Shown: positions 14,000-26,037, numbered from the stretch's first letter. The stretch is 63,766 nucleotides of DNA from Paraspadella gotoi (GCA_051294375.1 CM119270.1:1393876-1457641), one strand, 5' to 3'. Made by a program: numbers and translations. Notes: generated by a model not told the origin, from the letters alone.

Positions 14000-15929
14000 C
14001 TTTCTCAAAAGGCATTCATGTCTATTCTGACTTGTGTATGTATGTAATATTAACATTTATTTTTTTTGGCATTCGTAAGGATTTTAATTTTGCTTAAGTT
14101 TAACATCTTAAATATATTTTATATTTAATTTTCGTCGTCGTTGTCGTCGTCGTCGTCCTTCGTTGTCGTCGCTTCAAAACAAAAGGTAATCGAGCGACGT
14201 TTCACTCTATGCGGGTCAATGTCAAACATTTTTGTAAGGGAGAAAAAAACATCTTTTCTTTTTTTCTTTTTCAGTCTTTTTTTATTTATATTTTTCTTTT
14301 TATTTAATATTTTCTTTCTTTCGTTTTGTAATATTCTTTAAAAATATTTTTTAATCTGAAAAAAAATAATACCGTACATGTTATTTAATTTTTACAGGTT
14401 TAAACTTTGAAAATATTACAACATTACAAATCGCCTCAACCTTGATGGTAAAAATAATAATAATAATTAATTTTTAAAAAAATTCTATTTTTTACGAACT
14501 TTAAACAAACTAATTTTCTTATTCATTCGTGCAAGAAATCAAGGTTCTTTGTTCCATCTGGTGTTCGTGACGGATAGAGAAAAGAAGGAGAGAGTAAGAG
14601 AGAGGAGACGAGAACGCGAGAGAGAGAGAGAGAGAGTGAGAGAGAGAGAGAGAGGAATTGTTCAGAAACAAAGGATGGAAAAAAGAATTGTAAAGGGATG
14701 TAATTGCATTCTTTACCCGAACTTTCCCTTTTTAAGATGAGAGAGAGAGAGAGAGAGAGCAGAGAGAGAGACGAGGAGAGAATGAGATAGAGAGAGAGAG
14801 AGAGAGAGAGAGAAGAAGTAAAGGCTGGAGAGCAGAAATCCGGCTCTTAAAGAACTAAATCCCCCCTCTTAGTTCTGAAACGAAAAAAATTACAGTGAAA
14901 CCAATATTTAAGAAATGTACAGAAAATTATCACCCAATAATTTCTTATTTATGTAGAAAAAGCTTTAGAACATTTTTTGTAATTCAGATACTTATAAAAA
15001 AAAAAAGCTTTAAAACATCAAATTCTTATTTTTATATTCTTATTATTCGGTCACCAGTCGTATTCGGCACGGCTGTACTTTTTCAATAAAGATCGGAACA
15101 GCCGAAATACAGAGAAAACCTTTTCTCTTTATCTTCACCGCGTTTCATTCCGTATGTTTATGATATTCGCATTAGACATTCGTGATATATTTGGCTTAAT
15201 TTGTTTTAACTAGCATGTTAATATCAGTTCTCAAGATGTTCACTCGCCCAAAATAAAAGCAAAACAAAATTAACAATGTCTAAAGAAAACCAAACCAATT
15301 TTCGATGTTAATAATTGAATTTATTGATTCACTTGATTCATTGATCAGTAAATGGAATAATTATTGCGTTATCCCGTTTATTTTATTGAAGGTGGTCAAT
15401 TAAGAAAAAAAAATCTTTTATAAATACTTTCAGTCGAACGGTAAAAGAAAATCTATAGCAAAATATTTAAATTAAACTTCGGTTCATTACAATTTACTTT
15501 TTTCTACTTATATGAAATAATCGATCTAAAACCTCCTCATTACAATAAACAACGACAACCAACAACAAACAACGCAAGGATTTTTGAATGAGTAATTCCG
15601 TTTCTTCAAAAGGACGCAACATTTTTTAAAAAACAGAGGGAACACCTTCCAACTCAGCTGCAAACCAATATTGACGCAAGATTAAAACAAACAAAGAAAT
15701 GAGATACAAAACGATTATCTCTCTCTCTCTCTTTTTTTCTCGCGAGAAGAGCAGAAAGAGAGAAAAGTATAAAACCAACTCTTTGCAAATAGAGAGAGAT
15801 GGTGGAGAGAGGCGAAGAGAGAGAGGAGAGAGTTTGTTCTTTACCCCATCCATGTTCAATCGTGACCAACGGGACGAGAGAGAGAGAAGAGAAGAATAAG
15901 AAGAAGCTTTTAAACTCCCCCCTCCTTCC

Positions 15930-15982
<53 letters not shown>

Positions 15983-16074
15983 CTCTCTCTCTCTCTCATA
16001 ACTCTTTCCCTTTTCCGGACTTTTTCAAACATTTGTTGAGCAAATAATAATTGAACAAAGATATCTCTGGGTCT

Positions 16075-16120
<46 letters not shown>

Positions 16121-16160
16121 TCTCTCTCCTCTCTACTCTCTTCTCTCTCTCTCTCTCTCG
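14000..16160 (+). repeat. Second copy of segment 1-2060
   Basis: Same order of landmarks (TAATCGAGCGACGTT, AAGGCTGGAGAGCAGAAATC, AATCGTGACCAACGGGACGAG), with extra inserted bases. Confidence 0.95.
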
Positions 16161-16334
16161 GGGAAGAACATCTGAAAGAGGGGAAAAAATCACAAATATT
16201 TTGTTTCTTATGCACCGATACTTCATAATTAAAATAAGTATTTAAATAATTATTTTTTTTTATTTAGAGAGTTATTTTTTTTTCATTAACTTTTCCCCAT
16301 CGATCTGTCGGGCTTTCTTCCAACTACTAAGCTT

Positions 16335-16540
16335 AAACAACCAAGCTTTCCATCGACCAAGCACGCCTGAAACAACCATACTTTCCATCGACCAAGCACT
16401 CCTGAAGCAATCAAGCTTTCCATCGACCAAGCACGCCTGAAGCAATCAAGCTTTCCATCGACCAAGCACGCCTGAAACAACCGAGCTTTCCATCGACCAA
16501 GCACGCCTGAAACAACCGAGCTTTCCTTCGACCAAGCACG
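16335..16540. repeat. 35-bp minisatellite, ~5.6 copies
   Basis: CTTTCCATCGACCAAGCACGCCTGAA(A/G)CAA(C/T)C(A/G)AG starts at 16346, 16381, 16416, 16451, 16486 and 16521, head-to-tail with no spacers. Confidence 0.95.
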
Positions 16541-16644
16541 TGGCCGAGTTCCGCGTCTGTCGTCGCAAGTCTTCGTCGCATTAATTGATTTTGTTGCATC
16601 GATCGACGGAGAAGAAAGACCGCGACGAACCAACATCTCTGCCC

Positions 16645-17457
16645 ACATCGACCACAAGGACCATATCGACCACACTTATGACCGCAAGGACCTTATCAAC
16701 CACACAAATTACCACAAGGACCATACCTTTCACACCTATGACCACAAGGATCTTATCAATCACATTTATGACCACAAGGATCTTATTGATCACACATATG
16801 ACCGCAAGGACCAAATCGACCATGCTTATGACCACAATGATCTTATCGACCACAATTATGGCCATAAGGACCATATCAATCACACTTATGACCACAAGCA
16901 ACTTATCAATCACAATTATGACCACAAGAATCTTATTGACCACACTTATTACCGCAAGGACCAAATCGATCACGTTTATGACCACAATGACCAAATAGAC
17001 CACGCTTATGACCACAAGGATCTTATCAACTACACTTATGAACCTTATCAACCACATATATGACAACAAGAACATTATTGACCACACTTATGACCACAAG
17101 GATCTTATCAACTACACTTATGAACAGAAGGATCTTATTGATCAAACGTATGACCACAAGGACCATATTGACCACGTCTATGACCACAAGGATCCTATTG
17201 ATCACACTTATGACCACAAGGATTTCGTCAATCACAATTATGATCACAAGGACCATATCATTCACACTTATGACCACAAGGATCTTATTGATCACAATTA
17301 TGACCACAAGGACCTTATTGACCACGCTTATGATCCCAAGGATCTTATCGATCACACTTATGACCACAAGGACCATATTGACCATATTGACCAATGACCA
17401 CGCCTATGCCCACAAGGATCTTATTGATCACACTTATGACCACAAGGATCTTATTGA
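16645..17457. repeat. 30-bp minisatellite, ~27 copies (one frame reads DHKDLIDHTY)
   Basis: Consensus GACCACAAGGATCTTATTGATCACACTTAT with a strict 30-nt period, except deletions near 17041 and ~17385-17400. Confidence 0.95.
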
Positions 17458-17957
17458 AGAAACAAAGAGAAGAGAAAAGAGGAAGGGGGGAAGGAAAGAG
17501 GAATAAGAAAAGGGAAGGGAGAAAGGGAATGGAGAAAAGGAAGGGAAAAAAATAAAGGAGAAAGAGAAGGGACAAAGGGAAGAGAGAAGAGGAAGGGAGA
17601 AAAGGAAGGGAGAAAAGAAAGGGAGAAAGAAAAGGGACAAAGGGAAGAGAGAAGGGGAAGGGAGAAAGGGAAGGGAGAAAGGAAAGGGAGAAAGGGAAGG
17701 GAGAAAAGAAAGGGGAGAGAAGTGAGAAGGAAGGACGGGGACTGTCGCTTGTTTACCAAATATCAACATTAAAAGTCGGTAAGGGAGAGAGAGGGAGAGA
17801 GAGAGAGGTTTTGTCAATTTATTGACATTTTATTGCGGCCGCGACCAGGCTTTGGCGGGAGATTTCTCTCCTCTCCTCTCTTCTCTCCCATCCTCTCTCC
17901 ATGCTCTGCATCATCATCTTTCGCTCTCTCTCTCTCTCTCTCTCTGCTCTTCTCTCT

Positions 17958-17991
<34 letters not shown>

Positions 17992-18587
17992 CCTGAGCGG
18001 CCTCCCCTGATCTTGGATTAATTCAATATTAAACGGAAGCATAAGAAAGCAAAAACAAGCCGAATTTTATTTAAACACAAAACCAACAAAAATTCAATGT
18101 TTACAGTTTTTTTTTTTTATGTCATCGAAGTTAACGACAACGAGCACAAAAAAACGGTCCGTCACATTCCAACAATACTTGTCGAGATATTGGAATACGA
18201 ATGCATCTTTGAAACTCTCCTCTGCTCTGCTCTCTCTCTCCTCACATCGTCTCTCCTCGTCTCTACTCTCTTCTCTCTGCTCATCTCTCTCTCTCTCTCT
18301 TTCTCTGCCCTCAAGAGATTTTTTTCGATTCTTTCATATTTCTGGAATTTTGTTTAAACAGTTTCCATCGTCGGATTTGGCTTAAGAAGCGATAAGGCGG
18401 CGATGCCAAAGAAAAGAAGAAAGAAAGATGGAAAGAAAGGAAGAAAGAAAGAAAGATGGAAGGAAAGAAAGAAAGAAAAAGAGAGAGATGGAATGAAAGA
18501 ATCTAAAATAACTTTGACCGGGTGAGTTATTAAAGAAGGTTGGGTTGGGTAAGTGATCAGATGTTTTAAAGATTGAAAGGTGAGGAG

Positions 18588-18835
18588 TGATTGATTGATT
18601 AATTGATTGATTGATTGATTGATATGATTTGTTTGATTTGACTTGATTTGATTTGATTTGAATTGAATTGAATTGAATTGATTTGAATTAATTTGAATTG
18701 ATTTGAATTGAATTGACTTGATTTGAATTGATTTGAATTGATTTGAATTGAATTGAATTGAATTGAATTGAATTGAATTGATTTGAATTGATTTGAATTG
18801 AATTGAATTGAATTGATTTGATTTGATTTGATTTT
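18588..18835. repeat. (ATTG)n grading into (ATTTG/AATTG)n microsatellite
   Basis: Seen directly. Confidence 0.95.
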
Positions 18836-19549
18836 GCTTTAAATGTACAGTGAGACAGTGTAAATTATTTATGTCAAAACTTTGAATCCTAATGTTTGCT
18901 CATTGAATCTGTTGATTGTTTGAAACCAGACAAGACAGAAATGACGTCATTTGTTGGCGTCACGCCATTGTCAACGTCACATTTGGGGAAATAAGTTGAA
19001 ATATTTTAATTTATTTCTACATTGAATATATTGGAATTTTTATAGTGAGAAATCGTACAGAATGAAAAAAAAATGTTTTTTTCCGCTCGGTCCCTAATTA
19101 ATTCAGAGAATGAATTTAATCATCTCTCTCTCTTTCTCTCTNNNNNNNNNNNNNNNNNNNNNNNNNNNNNNNNNNNNNNNNNNNNNNNNNNNNNNNNNNN
19201 NNNNNNNNNNNNNNNNNNNNNNNNNNNNNNNNNNNNNNNNNNNNNNNNNNNNNNNNNNNNNNNNNNNNNNNNNNNNNNNNNNNNNNNNNNNNNCTCTCTC
19301 TCTCTCTCTCTCCCTACGATCGTTCGTTTTAATCCATGGTTGAAAAAAAGTGATATTCATTAATGAAGGATATGACATTCCACTCTCAATGAGGCTGGCA
19401 TTTCATTGGCTCCGGAACTGACATTAAAAATTTAAAAGAGATTCCTATATTCTTTCTAATCATTTGACGAAAGATAGAGAAAGAGAGAAAGAGAGAGAGA
19501 GAGAACTGATTGTCTTTTGGCTGCTTCGTCGTCATCATCGTCGTCATCA

Positions 19550-19593
<44 letters not shown>

Positions 19594-19687
19594 GCTGTGA
19601 AATCCAACCCCATAAAATCGAGGGGCATTAAACCCACTTTCGCCCTCAACCAAAATCTAAAATCCTCTTCATTTAACCCACAAATAA

Positions 19688-19764
19688 CCACAATTTTCCC
19701 CACAATTCTCCCCACGATTCTCCCCACGATTCTCCCCACAATTTTCCCCACAATTTTCCCCACA
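19688..19764. repeat. 12-bp tandem repeat CCCCAC(A/G)ATT(T/C)T, ~6 copies
   Basis: Seen directly. Confidence 0.9.
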
Positions 19765-21183
19765 AGCTTTTTATAAAATTCGGGTCTCATTTTTGGGATA
19801 AAAAAAATTCTTTGTTGGACCCAAAGATCGAAAGCGTCTCTTTGGAGGAATGAGGAGGAAGGGAAGTTGGTTGGGGTAAGTTAGAGGGTGGGGCAAATGC
19901 TGCGGTGGTGATGAGCGGTGATATCATTAGAGGGATTTGATTGATTGAGTGATTGATTGATTGGCAGAGGAACAAGGTGTGGGAAATAGTTCACCGTTTT
20001 GGTGAATAAGTGTGAAAAATGGGATTGGTGAGGANNNNNNNNNNNNNNNNNNNNNNNNNNNNNNNNNNNNNNNNNNNNNNNNNNNNNNNNNNNNNNNNNN
20101 NNNNNNNNNNNNNNNNNNNNNNNNNNNNNNNNNNNNNNNNNNNNNNNNNNNNNNNNNNNNNNNNNNNNNNNNNNNNNNNNNNNNNNNNNNNNNNNNNNNN
20201 NNNNNNNNNNNNNNNNNNNNNNNGAGAGAGAGCGAGTTTAAAGCCAAAAAGCGATTCTATGGCGGATAAAAGTGAAGATGGATTTAATCTTCCAAATTTA
20301 AAAGAATTAATTCTTTTAATAATTAAACTTAAACATTAATCATTTTTTTAGAAAACCTGTGGTAAGACGGATCAGACAGTGGGTCGGTAAATATTGATCT
20401 GTAGGTCGTTTCATACAACAAAAAAGAAACAAGCAAAAAAAACCCAACAAAACAAACAAAACAGACAAACAAACAACGAAACATGATGGCTGCGTCGCCC
20501 ACTAGGGTGCTGCCACGGTGCCAAGTAGGTCGGTGCGGCGCGGATCGTTGCGGTGCCGACCTCAAATTTTAAATGCATTTAATTCTGATTCGTANNNNNN
20601 NNNNNNNNNNNNNNNNNNNNNNNNNNNNNNNNNNNNNNNNNNNNNNNNNNNNNNNNNNNNNNNNNNNNNNNNNNNNNNNNNNNNNNNNNNNNNNNNNNNN
20701 NNNNNNNNNNNNNNNNNNNNNNNNNNNNNNNNNNNNNNNNNNNNNNNNNNNNNNNNNNNNNNNNNNNNNNNNNNNNNNNNNNNNNNNNNNNNNNNNNNNN
20801 NNNNNNNNNNNNNNNNNNNNNNNNNNNNNNNNNNNNNNNNNNNNNNNNNNNNNNNNNNNNNNNNNNNNNNNNNNNNNNNNNNNNNNNNNNNNNNNNNNNN
20901 NNNNNNNNNNNNNNNNNNNNNNNNNNNNNNNNNNNNNNNNNNNNNNNNNNNNNNNNNNNNNNNNNNNNNNNNNNNNNNNNNNNNNNNNNNNNNNNNNNNN
21001 NNNNNNNNNNNNNNNNNNNNNNNNNNNNNNNNNNNNNNNNNNNNNNNNNNNNNNNNNNNNNNNNNNNNNNNNNNNNNNNNNNNNNNNNNNNNNNNNNNNN
21101 NNNNNNNNNNNNNNNNNNNNNNNNNNNNNNNNNNNNNNNNNNNNNNNNNNNNNNNNNNNNNNNNNNNNNNNNNNNNNNNNNNN

Positions 21184-21220
<37 letters not shown>

Positions 21221-21568
21221 CACAATCTCAGTCTATGAAACTAATCTTAACTTCGTCAGATTCAATCTTAAACAACTTGATTTGCTTTTTATCAGTAAGA
21301 GATTGTCTCATCGTTTGACTATTTATAACTTTATTTCAACGAGAGAGATACAAATATTTCGGGATATTTTAACAAAACCGGACAAATGCTTTCATTAGCC
21401 CATAAGGCATATAACGATTGCATCGCTGCTCGAAATTAAATTTCTTATCTCATAACAACTAGTTTTACTCTTTTTTTTATTCTTATTTTTTCCCTCATTT
21501 CTCTCTTTGCATCTATTTCTTTCCTCCCTCCCCCNNNNNNNNNNNNNNNNNNNNNNNNNGGAAGAGAT

Positions 21569-21654
<86 letters not shown>

Positions 21655-22085
21655 TGGGGCAAGGGTTGAGAGAGAGAGAGACGGGGAGGGAGGAAAGGAG
21701 ATAGATGCAAAGAGAGAAATGAGGGATAGAATATAAAAAAAAAGAGTAAAACTAGTTGTTATGAGATATAGAAATTTAATTTCGAGCAGCGATGCAATCG
21801 TTATAATGCCTTATGGGCTAATGAAAGCATTTGTTCCGGTTTTTGTTAAAATATCCCGAAAATATTTGTATCTCTCTCGTTGAAATAAGTTATAAAATAG
21901 TCAAACGATGAGACAATCTCTCTTACTGATAAAAGCAAATAAGTTGTTTAAAGATTGAATCTGACGAAGTTAAGATTAGTTTCAATGACTGAGATTGTGG
22001 GACGAACGAACGAAACGACAGACACGACGACGGACGCAGAAGACGACTACGACGACGTCTACGAGACGACGACGAACGACGACGG
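21184..22085. repeat. Large inverted repeat centred on a 25-N gap plus (AG)n
   Basis: 21220-21534 is the reverse complement of 21683-22000. Flanked by (GTC)n on the left and noisy (GAC)n on the right. Confidence 0.95.
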
Positions 22086-22231
22086 CTCAGGGTGACGCAC
22101 GGCTCTCTCTCCCTCTCCCTTTTTCCTATTCCAATTTCCCTAATCTAATTTCTCTGATAACTTCCCTCCCTCCTCTTCCTCCTCCTCTTCCTCCTTCTCA
22201 TTTGCCTCCAGTCCCGAGTTATTTTCAAACT

Positions 22232-22291
<60 letters not shown>

Positions 22292-23068
22292 TTTTTCGAT
22301 TTCGAAAATGAGATGAGAATTTTTGGTTGAATCGACTTTTTTTTCCTCCCTTAATTTTTTTTTATTTTCTACTTAGTCAGCCTGTCTGTCAGCCTTTCCG
22401 TTTGCTTGTCAATCTGTTAGTCAGTCTGTCAGTTATTCTGTCAGTCGTTCTTTAAGTCAGTCTGTCAGTCCTTCGGTTTAACCGATTTTCTAGCATACTA
22501 CATCAGCAAAGTAAGCCTCGTACATAAATTAGGTTCTTCAAAATACGAAAAGGAGGCTAATTTGTCAAAATCTCATAAAAATTAGTGTACGTAAATAATT
22601 GTCTATTTTAAAATATCAGTGATTTTAAAAGTAAATATTAAACCGATTTGCATGATAGATTTTATTTCGAGACATCCACAATCATCGAACCGGTAGAGCG
22701 AGTCTTTTTCAATTGGTAAGTTATTCAACTTACCCGAGAAGTAGAAGTCGCTTCCTTACTTTAGATTATGTAACTGGTGTTGTCAATTCAAGTTTATCGT
22801 GACCCAAATTACATCAAACTGATTTTTAAAAGACGTTTTCCTAATTTATTATTTTCCTATTATTTTAAAGAAAAAAATATCCAAAAAAGAATTTTTTTAT
22901 AGAAATTATAACGAATCACGTGACGTATTTGAATTATTTCGCTTTTTTCTGGAATAAAAAACAACAAAATAGAAAAAAACAAAAAATAGAATAAAACAAA
23001 ATAAAAAAAACCAAAAACTAAAAAAACAACTACAACAACAACAACCCTATTGACCTCCCGACCCGCAA

Positions 23069-23320
23069 ATGTCCTCCCTCTACTCCTTTCCCTCTCCCTC
23101 CCCCTCTTCCTCTTCCTCCCCTTCCCCTTCTCCCTCCCCTTCTTCCTCTCTCCTCCTCGGCGTCCTCTTCAGCTCCTTCTTCTCCCTCCTCGTCTCCATC
23201 TGTACCCTCGTCTTCCGGGACTCATCCTCTCTCTCTACTCCTGTCGCTTTCGTCTTCGTCTTCTGCGGCGAAGCGGCCGGTACTGCGCCGCTGCTGCCCT
23301 TCGCCTGTCGCCGCTGGACG
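23069..23320 (+). CDS. EamA/DMT-superfamily (SLC35G-like) transporter, exon 1
   Basis: ATG at 23069, Ser/Pro-rich start, then hydrophobic LLLGVLFSSFFSLLVSICTLVF...VAFVFVFCGE. Ends at ACG|GTGAGT (GT at 23321), 252 nt, phase 0, matching exon 2. Confidence 0.75.
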
Positions 23321-23998
23321 GTGAGTTAATCCCGGGCGCCCCTTAACGGGTAATGATGAGCGTGCGGCGTCACTGAGGGTCACGGTGTGTGTGAGAGAGT
23401 GTGGCGCTTGTAACGCTCAACGGTAAGTAAATGGGTTACGTGGGTGAGTAACTTTCATTCACTAAACGGTTGAGCGGTGAGATTCATCAGTGATGGATGG
23501 TAAGGTCGTCGTCTTCGTCGTCGTCTTCGTCGTCGTCTTCGTCGTCGTCTTCGTCGTCGTCTTCATCATCGTCTTCGTCGTCGTCTTCGTCTTTTCAGTC
23601 ACTACAAGAGACATGATTGATTGGTTGATTGGTTGTACCAATTTCATAAGGAAGTGAATTGATCTCAAGCGGACGGGAGTTGACATTCTGTATACATATC
23701 CTGGTATCTAGACTGTAATGGATCAGTCAAGTGACGCAACGATGATCAGCAATCACTGTTAGCCCAACACCTCTTTAATGAAATCAAAAAGAAAAGAATA
23801 CAAAAAATTATCCATTTATTTAATACGTGCATAAGTTACCGTGCCTTTAATTTTGGACAACATTGGACAGGCAATATAACTCATGATTGCTAAAGAAAGA
23901 AAGTAAATAATAAATTATAAATCTAATCAATAAATAATGAGTGAACGAGCGATAAATAATACAATTGATAAACAAACATTTATTTTAAAATTTAACAG

Positions 23999-24101
23999 GT
24001 GAAGACGCCATATAGATTCGGCGTCTTTCTTTTCTTCGGTTTCCTGGTCAACGTCCACTTCATGTCTTGGCGCGCCGCTACGGGTCTCATGCCGCTGGGG
24101 A
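23999..24101 (+). CDS. EamA/DMT (SLC35G-like) transporter, exon 2
   Basis: Acceptor tttaacAG|GTG. Reads VKTPYRFGVFLFFGFLVNVHFMSWRAATGLMPLG. Donor A|GTAAAG, phase 1, matching exon 3. The A..LMPLG segment is typical of the first EamA repeat. Confidence 0.8.
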
Positions 24102-24114
24102 GTAAAGGAGAAGT

Positions 24115-24497
24115 CCAAATTTGCCTTATTTACCCAGAACGACCCATTTTATCTTAAATTAAGAATTGAGCTAGTTTTTTAAATTAAAGATTAAATTAAT
24201 TAGGGATTAGGGATTTGGTTAAGGATTAAGTTAATGAATATGAAAAGGGATTAAGTTAATGATTAGGGTTATAGCTTAGGATTAGGGAGTAGAGTTTGAA
24301 GTTTAGTGGCTTAAATTAAGAATAAAGGATAAATGTTTAGAATTAGATTAATGTTAGGGATTAGACTTAGGAATATGTGTTAATGATTTTATTTATAAAA
24401 TTAAAAATATATTTAAGTTAAATACCATAGTTAAAATAAATTTCTGGGATAAAGAAACAGAAATGGGTCACTTTGGGAAAACAGAGCGGAAATATGG
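24115..24497. mobile_element. MITE-like element with imperfect ~36-bp TIRs and degenerate TTAGGG-like interior (intron 2 of transporter)
   Basis: CCAAATTTGCCTTATTTACCCAGAACGACCCATTT (24115-24149) versus the reverse complement of 24461-24497, CCATATTTCCGCTCTGTTTTCCCAAAGTGACCCATTT. The interior has repeated TTAGGG/TTAGG/TTAAG. No TSD identified. Confidence 0.5.
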
Positions 24498-24619
24498 CCT
24501 CATGCGGAAATCGAATAATTAAAAATACTATTTTTTCCATAAATAAATATTCATTGTTCCAAGACTATATAACCCACTATTCGAATTTTAATATTGTCAC
24601 TTTCACTCCGCCCTCCTAG

Positions 24620-25028
24620 GCAGCTACACCAGCGTCAATAATTCAGTCATGCTGCTGTCTCCTTTCATCTCCGCTGCTCTGAGCCGGCGCTGCGTTCGCG
24701 TAGTCGACGTCGTGGGCGCCGTCGCCGCCGTCGTCGGCGTCTTCCTCGTGGCGCGCCCGGCGTTCCTCTTCGGCGTCGCCAACGAAACCCCGGCGCGCGC
24801 CTACGGACTCGCCATTTTAGCCGGCGTCTGTAGCCTGGCTTATCCTTACTTCTTCGGAGCGACGGCCGACGCTCATTGGTCCAATTTCCTGGTGCTGCGC
24901 GTCGGCTGCAGCGCCGTCGTCGCTTTCGTCTGCTTCGCTATCGCCGGCGGAGCTGCTGCTTTCGAAGCGGCGTCGGTTTTGTCTATGGCCGACGCTTTCT
25001 TTGTCGGCGTCGTCTCTACCGTCTACAG
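24620..25028 (+). CDS. EamA/DMT (SLC35G-like) transporter, exon 3
   Basis: Acceptor ccctcctAG|GC. GC-rich open frame SYTSVNNSVMLLSPFISAAL...VVGAVAAVVGVFLVARPAFLFG...VVSTVYR. GVFLVARPAFLFG resembles the SLC35G GV.LI.RPPFLFG motif. Donor AG|GTTGGA, phase 2. Confidence 0.85.
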
Positions 25029-25046
25029 GTTGGAAAAGGATGAAGG

Positions 25047-25132
25047 AGAATAGAATAGAATAGAATAGAATAGAATAGAATAGAATAGAATAGAATAGAA
25101 TAGAATAGAATAGAATAGAATAGAATAGAATA
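25047..25132. repeat. (AATAG)n microsatellite in intron 3
   Basis: Perfect pentamer run. Confidence 0.95.
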
Positions 25133-25414
25133 GGAATTTGAATGAGTCTTTTTGCTATTAATATAATTAATATAATTAATATAATTCTGGAACGTTAAAA
25201 AAGGAACGGGATCTATGTGTAAATACTGAAATTTAAAACTATGTATATAATTAGTCCACTTTGTAAATTTTTGTTTTGTTAATTTATTTACATTTCTTTA
25301 AAATGTGTACATACATGTATAATATACATTGTATATGTACGGCTCATTAACTGTTACATTGTTACTGTGTTAAATTTTCACATTTTGAGCATAATAAATC
25401 AAATCAAATCAAAT

Positions 25415-25512
<98 letters not shown>

Positions 25513-25538
25513 CTCTCTCTCCCTTTTTTCTCTCTCAG

Positions 25539-25760
25539 ACTCTCCCAACTGATCGCCAGCGAGAGTTCGAACTTCACGATGCGGATCCCGCGGGATTCTT
25601 GGCAACTTCTTCAAAACCCGGTGTCATACCGACCACGGCGTTGCTTTCGGCGGCGCTCTACGGTGAGACGCTTTCGGCGACGGAGTCGGTGGGCGTGGTC
25701 CTCGTCTTCGGCGCCATCTTTTTCGTGTCTGCGGCCAAGTTATTTTGGCGGGAAAAATGA
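25539..25760 (+). CDS. EamA/DMT (SLC35G-like) transporter, last exon (one apparent frameshift)
   Basis: Acceptor after (CT)n, tctcAG|A. Starts RLSQLIASE in phase with exon 3. After a frame change at ~25560-25620 it reads VIPTTALLSAALYGETLSATESVGVVLVFGAIFFVSAAKLFWREK* (TGA 25758-25760), the usual EamA C-terminal GE...G..LV pattern. Confidence 0.75.
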   Translation, partial: TLPTDRQREFELHDADPAGFLATSSKPGVIPTTALLSAALYGETLSATESVGVVLVFGAIFFVSAAKLFWREK

Positions 25761-26037
25761 GGGAGGGAGGGAGGAGAGGGAGAAAGGAGGAAGAAAAAAC
25801 TTAATAAAATGACGACATTTTTAAGAAATATAGATTTTGTGATTTTTTAACTTGTTTTTCTGACACTTGCGAGTGTTGATGTACATTTAATATTTATTTA
25901 TATTGACCTTTTTTAATTTTTTTTGGTAGTAATTTCCATTCGTTATTTTTTTATCAGTGTTATTGCTTTCAATTTAGATATAAAGGATATGTATCTTCTA
26001 TTTTTTATGTATCTCTAAAGTTAAAGACGAGGCTCTT

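Noticed and set aside
12626-14047. 473-aa Pro/Ser/Leu ORF
   Set aside because: A pyrimidine-only tract cannot form stop codons, so the ORF is a compositional artefact.
16335-16540. 35-bp repeats of CRISPR-like length
   Set aside because: Units are head-to-tail with no unique spacers, there are no cas genes, and the context is eukaryotic.
18941-18950. Perfect CRE palindrome ATGACGTCAT
   Set aside because: A short motif expected by chance in 64 kb, with no linked transcription start.
23441-23500. Minus-strand CUGAUGA...GAAA hammerhead-like core in intron 1
   Set aside because: Stem II is imperfect and stem I cannot form (CCAUCA versus ACCCAC).
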